64,000 nucleotides of DNA, from NCBI GenBank assembly GCA_964016885.1, contig OZ024741.1, forward strand, positions 187,426,001-187,490,000, written 5' to 3'. The notes under the pieces are model-generated. The model was not told the origin of the DNA. It did not search any database and worked only from the letters and a program-made list of their open reading frames with translations. Below are positions 39,454 through 50,841 of the stretch, in pieces. Made by a program: the position numbers and the translations under genes. This DNA is from Eledone cirrhosa. Taxonomy: Eukaryota. Every line of letters starts with the position of its first letter. The stretch's first letter is position 1.

Positions 39454-41660
39454 AGTTTTAAATTCTTCCGAGCCGTTCGGCGCATCGAGCAGTAAGTACT
39501 CGCCAACGGTCTCGATCAGCGGCAACTTTTTCGAGACTGCTAGGTGATGTTGACTGCCATCAGGTTCTTCCGGAACGTTCGTCGCCAGGTGATCCTTGGG
39601 CAACCCCGCCACCGTTTACCGCCAGGCGGAGTCCAGTTCATCGCTGTTTTTGAATGCCGTTCATTTGGCAGACGCAGAATATGGCCAGCCAGACGGCACC
39701 GATGCTCCGTGACCACTCTCTCTAGCGTCCACGACTCGGCACTCCGCAGGATCTGCTCGTTTCGCACTCCGTCGCGCCAGGACACACGAAGGATCTTTCG
39801 CAGGCATCGCTGGTGGAAAGCGTTCGGCCGTCTCTCTATTTTTGCCGTACTCTTCCAGGTCTCGCTCGCATAAAGCACTGTCGGCAGCACGATGCTCTTG
39901 TACAGGCGCAGCTTGGTCTTGGTGCTAATGTATGAAGACGACCAGACTGGGCACAGCCGCTGCAAAACTGCGGCTCCTTTGCCGATGCGACAGTTGATGT
40001 CGAGCTCCGCATCGCCGCTGCTTATCAGGATACTGCCCAGATAGGTGAACTGATCGACTTCCTCGAGGTCCTGTTGGTTGACTCTGAACACTGGACCTGT
40101 GTTGCTGGCCGTTCTCATGACCTTGGTCTTTTTGGTGTTGATTCTCAGGCCGATCTTTTCTGCACTCTCTTGTAGGGATGATGTTAGGGCCTGCAGATAT
40201 GCACTGCTTTCAGCGATCAAAGCGATGTCGTCGGCGAATGCCAGGTCCCTCAGCCTCGACTGCCCTCTCCATGGGATTCCTCGACCGGGTCCTTCATCCA
40301 TTCGCCTTTGTACGAAATCGGCTGCCAGCAGGAACAACAGTGGAGAGAGAATGCAACCCTGTCTGACTCCGGAGACAATGTCAGAGAACTCCGTCACACC
40401 GGACTCAGTCCGCACGCAGCAGCTGGAGTTTTCATACAGGGGCTTGAAAATGGCGATGAATCTTGCAGGAATGCCGTACAGTTGCGCAACATTCCACAGC
40501 GACTCCCGGTGTACACTATCGAATGTCTTCTGGAAATCAATAAAATTGAGCGCCAAAGGCTGTTGTAGCTCAACGCATTGTTCGAGAATGTTGCGTAGTG
40601 TAAAGATCTGTTCCGTGCAAGATCGATTTTTTCGGAAGCCGGCTTGTTCCTCCCAGATCTCAGAGTCGACAGCCTGCCGGAGTCGACGCAGCAGCACAGT
40701 GCAGAACGCCTTGCCTGGGACTGACAGCAATGTGATACTTCGCCAGTTGCTGCAATCTGCCAGGTTTCCCTTCTTCGGCAGTTTGACGATGACAAGGCGC
40801 TGCCACTCAAGGGGAACCCGACCAACTCTCCAGCAGTAGTTCATCAAGTCTGTCAACGCCGTTATCGTGCTCTCCTCACCGAATTTGAGCAGCTCAGCAG
40901 AGATCTCATCCAGTCCGCCTGCTTTGCCGTTCCTCAAGTGGCTAATCGCATCTCTCGTCTCTTGCTTGGTGATATGGTCCTTGCAGACTTTGAGTACCTC
41001 AGTGGTTGCTGGGGTCTCTGCGGTCATATCTATCAGGGCGACCAGATTTGGTTGGTTCAGCATCTCCCGGAAGTGCTCCATCCATCTCTGCTCCTGTTCC
41101 GCTCCAGTGGTCAATGTCTTGCCATTTTTTGTCTCTCACTGGCATGCTGGCACCGCTCGACATTCCTGTCAACTCCCTCACGATGCGGAACAGTGCTTTT
41201 GTATCGTTTCGACCAGCAGCTTCCTCTGCCTCAGCACCCTTTTTCTCCAGCCAGTGACGTTTGTCCAACCGGCAGCTTCGCTTTACCTGTCGGTCGATTT
41301 GGCAGAATCTCGCTCGACATTTGCCTTTTTCGTCTGTCAATCAGGTCCCACGTTGGTTCTTGGATCCATTTTCCCTCCTCGTTCCTCGACTTCGGCCAGT
41401 AGTTCCTTGTGCTGCCTCAGTCACTGCTGTTGTGAACATCGTCCATTGATCTTCCAGATCTGCAGCCTCACTCAACTGTTGGAATCGGTTGCGTAGCGCC
41501 AGTTGGTACAATCGCGCTTGACCGGTATACTTCAGCTACTCCACTGCATATGGCTTTCGTCTTTCCGGTCTTGTCCGTTTCTTCAGGCGCAGCTGAAGTT
41601 CCGCACACATTAGGTGGTGGTCTGAGCCCACGTCTCACCTCGGTACACTCTGACGTCACA
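39451..41660 (-). mobile_element. 5'-truncated RTE-clade non-LTR retrotransposon (LINE)
   Basis: Begins in the APE endonuclease C-terminus (DVRVYRG..DVGSDHHL, frameshifted), then an RTE linker (DRQVKRSCRLDKRHW), RT, and a C-terminus DRDRWRVL..RC; 3' end runs into (TA)n; GC-rich relative to flanks. Confidence 0.93.
39540..41114 (-). pseudogene. RTE reverse transcriptase domain (524-aa open segment of a disrupted ORF)
   Basis: Motifs KKGNLADCSNWRSITLL, EEQAGFRKNRSC, FIDFQKTFDSV, GVRQGCILSPLLF, FADD, FTYLGS; upstream frameshifts and a premature stop at 39540. Confidence 0.92.
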
Positions 41661-41876
41661 TATATATGAAAGTGAGCCTTTTTTTACAAAATGAAAAAAA
41701 AAAAGGTGTCCTAAACAAGTGAAAGAATAAGAAAAATGGATGAAATCGTAAATGCAACTGTAGTCTTTTTTTTATAAAAAATATATGTTTATTTGGTTTC
41801 TTTATCGGTTTCGCAGTTTTCTGCTTTTCACAAGTAGAATTCAGACGGAGGCTTTGGGGTTTTACTCGTAAGAAAA

Positions 41877-42077
41877 AACAACAGTAACATCAGCATCAGC
41901 AACAGTAAGATCAACAACAGCAATAGTAACATCAACAACAGCAACAGTAACATCAACAACAGTAACATCAACAACAGTAACAGTAACATCAACAACAGTA
42001 ACAGTAACATCAACAACAGCAACAGTAACGTCAACAACAGTAACATCAACAACAGTAACATCAACAACAGCAACAGT

Positions 42078-42120
<43 letters not shown>

Positions 42121-42542
42121 GTAACAGTAACATCAACAACAGTAACAGTAACAACAACAACAACAACAACAACAGTAACAACAACAACAACAACAACAAC
42201 AGTAACATCAACAACAGTAACAGTAACATCAACAACAGCAACAGTAACATCAACAACAGTAACATCAACAACAGTAACAGTAACAACAACAACAACAACA
42301 ACAACAGCAACAATAACAACAACAACAGTAACATCAACAACAGTAACAGTAACAACAACAACAACAGTAACAACATCAACGACAGTAACATCAACAAGAG
42401 CAACAGTAACAACAACAACAACAACAACAACAGTAACAACAACAACAACAGTAACATCAACAACAGCAACAGTAACAACAACAACAACAACAGTAACAGT
42501 AACAACAACAGTAACAGTAACAACAACAACAACAACAACAGT

Positions 42543-42576
<34 letters not shown>

Positions 42577-42907
42577 GTAACAACAACAACAACAACAGTA
42601 ACAACAACAACAGTAACATCAACAACAACAACAGTAACATCAACAACAGCAACAGTTTACATCAACAACAGTAACAATAATAACAGCAACAGTAACATCA
42701 ACAACAACAACAGTAACATCAACAACAACAACAGTAACATCAACAACAACAACAGTAACATCAACAACAACAACAGTAACATCAACAACAGTAACATCAA
42801 CAACAGTAACATCAACAACAGCAACAGTAACAACAACAGCAACAGTAACAACAACAATAGCAACAGTAACAACAACAATAGCAACAGTAACAACAACAAT
42901 AGCAACA
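41877..42907 (-). repeat. ~1-kb inverted copy of the giant satellite (AAC-rich on +)
   Basis: Same triplets and the identical diagnostic terminal variants (actattgct..gatcttact..gctgatgctgat) as 38640-38691. Confidence 0.95.
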
Positions 42908-43088
42908 ATACTAGTATGCATATGAATACACACACGTGTACATATGTAGATGTACCGAGTTTTTCACTGGACACTTTACTGTGAGTGTCCAGCTATTCTG
43001 TATGTAAACACACAGACAAACCGGTTTTTAGAGTCATACTGCTTTTCGAGGAAACACCTTTCCTCTATTCTCCAGAAAGCCAGACAGG

Positions 43089-43133
43089 AATATTGGACTA
43101 GTTTCGATGTTGTTACATCTCATCAGCCATATT
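43089..43133 (-). ncRNA. Hammerhead ribozyme copy 2 (one stem I mismatch)
   Basis: Reverse complement reads AATATGG-CTGATGA-GATGTaacaACATC-GAAA-CTAG-TC-CAATATT. Confidence 0.88.
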
Positions 43134-43258
43134 TACCTATCTTCCGGCCTTTCTAGAGAATCGTAAAAGCACATATCGTTATATGCTTTTTCTATGAAAA
43201 TTAGTAGTGGGCAGACTAATTTGCATAGAGCGTGAGTACGTACCGGTTCAGCGGAGAC

Positions 43259-43892
43259 TGAAAAACTCGGTACATCTACATATGTACACGTGTGTGTATT
43301 CATATGCATACTAGTATTTCAGTATACATATGTGGATGTACATTTTTAACTTAATTGTTTAAGCGTCAGTCATACAAAAGTGAGTTACAAACGAAACGAA
43401 ATTTAATTTCGTTTCGTTATTTGTTTTTATCGTCTCCGCTGAACCGGTACGTACTCACGCTCTATGCAAATTAGTCTGCCCACTACTAATTTTCATTATA
43501 AAAGCATATCACGATATGTGCTTTTACGATTCTCTAGAAAGGCCGGAAGATAGGTAAATATTGCTGATGAGATGTAACAACATCGAAACTAGTCCAATAT
43601 TCCTGTCTGGCTTTCTGGAGAATAGAGGAAAGGTGTTTCCTCGAAAACCAGTATGACTCTAAAAACCGGTTTGTCTGTGTGTTTACATACAGAATAGCTG
43701 GACACTCACAGTAAAGTGTCCAGTGAAAAACTCGGTACATCTACATATGTACACGTGTGTGTATTGATATGCATACTAGTATTTCAGTATACATATGTGG
43801 ATGTACATTTTTAACTTAATTGTTTAAGCGTCAGTCATACAAAAGTGAGTTACAAACGAAACGAAATTTAATTTCGTTTCGTTATTTGTTTT

Positions 43893-43895
<3 letters not shown>
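43259..43895 (+). repeat. Head-to-tail tandem of the HHR monomer, period 465 bp
   Basis: aagcgtcag at 43361 and 43826; aaaaactcggtac at 43261 and ~43726. Confidence 0.92.
43557..43601 (+). ncRNA. Hammerhead ribozyme copy 3
   Basis: Identical to 38985-39029. Confidence 0.92.
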
Positions 43896-43934
<39 letters not shown>

Positions 43935-43973
43935 CATATATATATACATATATATATATACATATATATATAC

Positions 43974-44050
<77 letters not shown>

Positions 44051-44051
44051 C

Positions 44052-44120
<69 letters not shown>
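43893..44120. repeat. (TA)n/(TACA) microsatellite
   Basis: Direct reading. Confidence 0.97.
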
Positions 44121-44127
<7 letters not shown>

Positions 44128-44589
44128 AAAATAGTTAGTTATGAACATTCCAATAACTTAAAGAAAAGACCTAGATACAAGATACGTTTCTCTATCTATT
44201 ACTAGTAATATTCCTAAACTATTTTTTAGGGCCTTAGATAAATGCTTCCATCCCTCGCATACCTATAGTAAGATCTTTAACAAACATACAATCAAATTCT
44301 CTTATTCCACCACTTCCAACATCTCTAACATTATCTCTAAACATAATAATAAAATATTAAATAATAAATTATATCCATCCAATACTGAGCGTCATAATAA
44401 TAGCAATAGTAAACCCGACGTCAATGTTAACTCTAGGCTAGATTCTGTAAATTTAAATACGACGTCAAACGTTCATAACACCAATCTAAATCAGGAAACT
44501 TTAGTACCTATCGTAAATAACTTCTCCAATCCTATTCCTTCTATAAATAATACTAGGTCACTTGTTAATAACTCTGGTAATTTCTCTAA

Positions 44590-45025
44590 TCGTAATTGTA
44601 ATTGGCCTGTTAGAACTAAATGTCCTCTTAGTAACCAATGTCTTGATAAAAACTTAGTGTATGAATCAAAGGTTATAACTAGTACTAATTCTTTTACCTA
44701 TTTTGGTTCCACTTCCACTTCCTTTAAAGCAAGATTTTATAATCACAAGTCGTCTTTTAAATACCAACTTAAAAGAACTAACACGGCACTCTCAGAACTC
44801 ATATGGTCCTTAAAAGACAAAAATATTAACTACAACATTTCTTGGATGAAGGTTTGCAACGCCTCTCCTTACCAGAATTCTTCCCTATCCAGAACATGTA
44901 ATCTCTGCCTAGCCGAGAAATTTACCATTATTTCTAATTTTAATTCTATAATAAATAGACGTACTGATTTATTTTCGCTCTGCTTGCATAAATCCCATAG
45001 AACTTTCCATAAAGTATACAGCTAA
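44590..45025 (+). pseudogene. PLE GIY-YIG endonuclease domain remnant
   Basis: NLVY...YFG, FKARFYNH, TALSELIWSLKD, CNLCLAEK motifs. Confidence 0.85.
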
Positions 45026-46012
45026 TATCTTACTACCTAATTAGTTTAAAATCTTCTTTTCTCAAACGCTTTTATATCTTTTACAAATATACCCATCTTT
45101 CTACCTTATTTCAGTATATTATATTATACAATTTACTCATTCTATGTCGTTAGCGTTCCCCTATTTTTCTTCTTTTTTATCCTTTTTTCTTTTTTAATTT
45201 CTAATCTTTAATCTGTAACTTTTACTTCTCAATTACTTCTTAATTCATATTATAACTCACTATAGCATTTTCCTTATATTCTTGGCCATACAAACTATAT
45301 TTTTAATATATACTAATATTACCATTAGTAAATTTTGTAAACATATATTTTTTTTGACGTTATATATTTTTTCTTCCTTAAATTTTCCTCTTTCTTCTCT
45401 CCTTCTGTGCTCGTATTAAACCTATTATTTACTTTTTCCTATTACAATACATAGAAAAAAACTTGGACCCTAACTAATTCCTCTAAGTTCATAATTCATT
45501 TAACCTTTTCTTCATTCACCTTATCTCCTTAATATTTTTTTATTTTAATAATACATATTAATAAACTCCTTTTCGCACATATTATTAAACCCTTCAATAT
45601 ATAAACCTTAAATAAATACTATTCTTAATTCTTTTTTCTTTAATCATAAACATCACCATTCATAAACCTCATTAACTTTTAATTTCAAATTTTTTTTAAA
45701 ATTATGTATTGTCTTACAACGGATTTTTTTTCTCTATGAGAGAGTGTTTCTCAGTATTAAAGGTTATCTATCTCTCTCTCACTAATTTTCTCCTCCTCTC
45801 TCATCCTTCCTTTTATGCTCCTCCTGCATCATCCTTTCCTTATTATTATATTTTTTATTATTATTATTTTCTTTCTTCCTCTTCCTTATCTTTTCCTTCC
45901 TCCTTCCTTCTTTTTTTCTCAATCCCATATATCCATCTTATTTTATTTTTCATATGTTGATTTAACACTTCACTGCTCGCAAGTGTTTTTTAAGCTTCAT
46001 ATCATGTCGCCC

Positions 46013-46083
46013 TATTTTATCTGATGAGAACGCAAATATCATCCCATGATGATATTTGTCTTTGAAATGCGCATAATAAAATA
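46013..46083 (+). ncRNA. Type I hammerhead ribozyme at the PLE 3' end (predicted cleavage after AUA, 46075)
   Basis: TATTTTAT-CTGATGA-[caaatatcatc/gatgatatttg stem II]-GAAA-TGCGCA-TA-ATAAAATA; perfect 8-bp stem I, palindromic stem III. Confidence 0.88.
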
Positions 46084-46113
46084 CATAGAACTCTTTTAAC
46101 CATCTTTTGATCT

Positions 46114-46366
<253 letters not shown>

Positions 46367-46497
46367 TTTCAAACTCGCTCACTGTTTCAAAACATACTTA
46401 CTATATATATATACATGTAAAACATATATATAAAACATATATATATATATGTAAAACATATATATAAAACATATATATATATATATGTATGTGTGTG

Positions 46498-46791
46498 TGT
46501 TTTAAACAATCTTTGATTGTTATTTATAATGTATTTTGGCTCTGTAATATACTTGTTATTTTACATTGATCTATTCTCATACTTGTAATATTACCCACAT
46601 TATATATAGATAAATTCATATAAGATACAAATATATATATATATACATATATATATATTTGTATCTTATATAAATTTATCTATATATAATGTGGGTAATA
46701 TTACAAGTATGAGAATAGATCAATGTAAAATAACAAGTATATTACAGAGCCGAAATGCATTATAAATAACAATCAAAGAGTGTTTAAAACA
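46498..46791. repeat. ~290-bp palindrome: two tail-to-tail element ends around a (TA)n core
   Basis: 46498-46631 is the near-perfect reverse complement of 46658-46791. Confidence 0.9.
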
Positions 46792-47277
46792 TTTAATCAC
46801 TTAGGATCGTTTCATCCTAGCACAAGGCCGGGTTCATCCGAGTATATAATAAAGATTAAAGCACAAATATAATATCAGAATGTCATAAGAACATAAGAAC
46901 ATTAGGAGGATATATAATATTGGAATTAAGCATAAGTATCAACATTTAAATATGAAAAGATAGCAAAGGCGGAAGAATCTGAAAAATATGAGCATATAAA
47001 TTGCAATGAAATTAGGAGCAGCTAAAAGCATTAAAAATTTTAAAAAAATTTTAAATTAGAAAACCATGCTGCTATAGAGAAACATGCTGCTATAGAAAGG
47101 TTAAGATATATATGATAAGCTTTACAAAAATGTATAAAGTTAATAAGAGCAGGTGTGAGTTCAAATATAAATTTCAAAATATAAAAATACATCTCCAAAC
47201 GATATTTTTAATAATGAATATAAAATGTTCGACTGCGTAATTCAGTCATAAATATAAACTATTATTTTTCAAACTAT

Positions 47278-47459
47278 GGGCGGTGAATTGGCAGAATAGG
47301 TAGAGGGTTGGACATGCTCTCCTGCATAGTTACGTCCCTTTACGATCTGATTTCAAATCCCGCCAAGGTTAACTTTGCCTTTCATCCTTACGAGGTCGAT
47401 AAAATAAAGTACCAGTAATGCACTGGATAATTGCTGGCCTTGTGCCTAAAGTAGAAACA
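47278..47459 (+). mobile_element. tRNA-derived SINE with Nin/Deu-like central domain; 17-bp TSD attatttttcaaactat
   Basis: A-box-like tggcagaatagg, B-box-like ttcaaatccc, core tttgcctttcatccttacgaggtcgataaaataaagtaccag; TSD at 47261-47277 and 47460-47476. Confidence 0.88.
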
Positions 47460-47484
47460 ATTATTTTTCAAACTATTCAAATGT

Positions 47485-47672
47485 AATAATTGTTTCTACG
47501 TTTGGCACAAGGGCAGTAATTATCCCAGTGTATTACTGGTACTTTATTTTATCGACCCCGTAAGGATGAAAGGCAAAGTTAACCTCGGCGGGATTTGAAC
47601 TCAGAATGGCAAGGGCCGTAACTCTATGCGTCAAAGCATGGCGTTCCGACCCTCTACCGATACTGCGAATCC
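47485..47672 (-). mobile_element. Same SINE family, inverted
   Basis: Reverse complement of the 47278 copy. Confidence 0.88.
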
Positions 47673-48138
47673 AAATAATGCTGAATAAGTATACTCGGCA
47701 AAATAAAGATCAAATATAGGTTAAAGTATTATTATTATTAATCAAACCATTCAAATGAATTAATGTTGAGCAAATATAATCAGAAAAGTAAAAATTCAAT
47801 ATAGATTATCTGTCATCATCGGAAAAAACACCACATATTTGAATATTTTTGAAAATCCAGCTAGACCATAACCCACGAGAGTACTCGATACTTGAAGTAG
47901 TAGAGAGAGTAATATGAAAAGATTCAGGACCTCGAATATATATATATATATATATATATATTGTCTAACCTGATTAGGTTTTTCGTTGTTTTGGTATTGT
48001 ATGGCTGGGTTTTGCCTGCCGCAATTTTCAATTTGTCAAGCTGTCTAAACGTAATGCTATTACTCTGAGGTCCTACCCTTATTGGGTGCTTTGCTACTCA
48101 TTCCTAATTGTAGGTCACTATGCTCGGCCGCAGCCAAA

Positions 48139-48189
<51 letters not shown>

Positions 48190-48191
<2 letters not shown>

Positions 48192-48253
48192 AGGATTAAG
48201 TCTTGTCACAATTATGCCAGGTTGTTTCCATGTGACGGTGGACATATAGATGG

Positions 48254-48311
<58 letters not shown>

Positions 48312-48530
48312 TTCGCTTCATAATCATGAGGTCACACTTCGGACCATTTTTTTAGTCTTTTACCATAGCCACAGGTCCGTCCACCCATCCAAACCTTGTG
48401 AATGATATTGAGTAGATCGACACAGTATGGAAGCCCGTTGTTTGAACTGTATCCGTAATTTAAGGATTAAGTCTTGTCACAATTATGCCAGGTTGTTTCC
48501 ATGTGACGGTGGACATATAGATGGAACATT
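48190..48530 (+). repeat. ~70-bp direct duplication (48190-48258 and 48460-48529) flanking (TA)n and a decayed SINE-like piece (~48310-48440)
   Basis: ttaaggattaagtcttgtcacaattatgccagg...gatggaacat occurs twice. Confidence 0.75.
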
Positions 48531-48713
48531 CGGCCACTTCACACTCTAATCCAGTATGTTGAACAGCTGTTCGATCACCTGGATGCCCATACGCCATTCT
48601 CGTTATAAACATGTGTATATATATATATATATGTAGGAGGTGAGTTTTATTGTAGTACAATAAAGCAATGCAGATATCGGATAAGAAGCACTCTACAGTT
48701 TGTAGGACTGGAG

Positions 48714-48884
48714 TATATATAATATATAAGAACAAAAGATGGTTAAAAGAGTTCCATGTATTTTATTATGCGCATTTCAAAAACAAATATCATCATGCAA
48801 TAATATTTGTGTTTTCATCAGATAAAACAGGAGGACATGATATGAAGATTAAAAAACACTTGTGGATAGTGCAGTTTTAAATCA

Positions 48885-48887
<3 letters not shown>
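48714..48887 (-). mobile_element. Solo PLE terminal repeat of the 44121-46120 family, with HHR (48759-48829)
   Basis: Reverse complement of ~45955-46120; CTGATGA...GAAA-TGCGCA-TA-ATAAAATA retained. Confidence 0.85.
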
Positions 48888-48937
<50 letters not shown>

Positions 48938-48938
48938 C

Positions 48939-48991
<53 letters not shown>

Positions 48992-49097
48992 TGTGTGTGT
49001 CGCTGTCTGTGTGTGTAACTGACTGAAATTCTGAATAGTATAAATTCTAGGTATACTTGATCCACGCTTAAATCCACCAGAAGGCCATCTTCGTCAA

Positions 49098-49186
<89 letters not shown>

Positions 49187-49479
49187 AAGAGAGATATATA
49201 CATAGATACATGATTTCCACGAGCAGACGTTCAAAACTATATTTATATATGTCTGTGTGTGTGGGGGTGCGGGGTTCAAAAGTCAAACAGAAATAATATA
49301 TCTAAATTATCGTTTCATAAGAAGTTGAAGGGTAGAATCTATGACCGTTTTCAACCCATCTGAGGCTGCTCACAATGTTTAAACAGACATCAGATTAAGT
49401 CTATGAATTTTAATATCTAAAGAAAAGGCACCATCTGCACTATAAATAAAAGTCAAGTTTGTGCCATCATTTTTGATGA

Positions 49480-50012
49480 AGTGGAGGGGCGAGTTTGATT
49501 ATGAATACTTCATGGGGTAAAGAAAATAAAAAGACATCAGCTCAATTACTATTATTTTAATCTTTTCTTGGCAAGTTGCTATTAAAAATTCTCAGCTTAA
49601 TACGTCTAGACAGAACATTTGAACGCCAGACAAACTGTCAAATGTTGACGGATGACCGCAAATATCCTTTCAAAGTTCGAAACATTCATGTACAGGTGCA
49701 TCTAAAATATCATAAAGAAGAGATATCTAAAATTGTGACATCTAACCTAAAACCAAGTGTGGCTTAAGTGAAGATGAGGCCATATGTTAAAAATAAAAGA
49801 GGGAACTTTCACAATATAAAGGTTGGATTGAAAGCCTGGCTGGGAGCGAAGAAACCTAGAATCCCTAAAGATCACTTGGTGGAAGTCGTTAAAACAGGAA
49901 CTGAAGATGATATGAGTGATCTGGAAACAAGTGAAAGAAAAGTAGAGGACAGAACGTGGTGGAAGAGCGCTGTGAAGGGCTTATATTCTGTCAGGTATCC
50001 AAACAAAACTCG
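49480..50012 (+). mobile_element. Old, decayed RTE-like LINE 3' remnant
   Basis: GHML..., KKPRIPKDHL, EDRTWWKSAVKGLYS resemble the RTE C-terminal GRP.../DR..W motifs. Confidence 0.55.
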
Positions 50013-50136
50013 ATAATAATAATTGTTTCTATATTTGGCACAAGGCCAGCAATTATCCCACTGTATTACTGGTACTTTATTTTATCGACCCCGTAAGGGT
50101 GAAAGGCAAAGTTAACCTTGGCGGGATTTGAACTCA
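50013..50136 (-). mobile_element. SINE (3' part)
   Basis: tttatcgaccccgtaagggtgaaaggcaaagttaaccttggcgggatttgaactca. Confidence 0.85.
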
Positions 50137-50212
50137 TCATAAGTTTCTCATTAATATAGTATAGTTTGTATTGTGTAACAGAAACTATTGTATGCATATT
50201 TATGCAACTAAA

Positions 50213-50284
<72 letters not shown>

Positions 50285-50416
50285 AGACAATTTACTGCTA
50301 CACAAAAAAAATCTGTAATTCGATATATTTTTCTTTTGTTGATAGTGATAGCACCCACCCTCCTGGTAAATACCATGGTTGACAACCTCTTTAAATAGAG
50401 CAGCCAGTACTTGGTT

Positions 50417-50509
50417 GGTTAACCTCGGCGGGATTTGAACTCAGAATGGCAAGGGCCGTAACTCTATGCATCAAAGCATGGCCTCCGACCCTCTACCGAT
50501 ACTGCCAAT
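50417..50509 (-). mobile_element. SINE (5' part)
   Basis: aacctcggcgggatttgaactcagaatggc...ctaccgatactgccaat. Confidence 0.82.
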
Positions 50510-50660
50510 AATAATGATGATGATGATGAGGGGGAGGAGGGGGACAACGATAATGGCATGATGACAATAGGTATGTTTCGGTCTTATTGGACCTCTTCAG
50601 TGAAATATAACATACTACAGATAGCCAAATTAGAAATAAGTACATGGTTGCATTGATTTA

Positions 50661-50841
50661 TAATAATTATTTCTACTTTTGGCACAAGGCCAGCAATTAT
50701 CTCAGTAGGTTACTGGTACTTTATTTTATCGACCCCATAAGGATGAAAGACAAAGTTAACCTCGGCGGGATTTGAACTCAGAATGGCAAGGGCCGTAACT
50801 CTATCCGTAACTCTATCCGACCCTCTACCGATACTGCCAAT
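50661..50841 (-). mobile_element. SINE, near full length
   Basis: Same family core and ends. Confidence 0.87.

Larger units (their letters stand above)
41661..43895 (-). mobile_element. Composite HHR-monomer + satellite + tail retrocopy with an inverted 5' segment (43259-43895)
   Basis: On - strand: partial monomer 43258-42907, satellite 42907-41877, tail 41876-41661; the + strand segment 43259-43895 is ~1.35 tandem monomers. Confidence 0.8.
46658..47932 (-). mobile_element. Probable PLE 3' UTR/pseudo-LTR remnant with a decayed HHR (46796-46846), interrupted by two SINEs
   Basis: Minus strand: tatact-CgGATGA-acccggc..gctaggat-GAAA-cgatcc-TA-agtgat; T-rich UTR; (TA)n at both ends; right boundary uncertain. 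Confidence 0.5.

Noticed and set aside
39544-41496. Plus-strand ORFs of 60-253 aa
   Set aside because: Antisense shadows of the GC-rich RTE coding region.
47278-47370. tRNA gene
   Set aside because: The A/B-box-like motifs belong to a multi-copy SINE head; no cloverleaf.
48555-48585. Possible further HHR remnant (gaacagctgttc)
   Set aside because: Only a palindrome; no CUGANGA or complete GAAA core.
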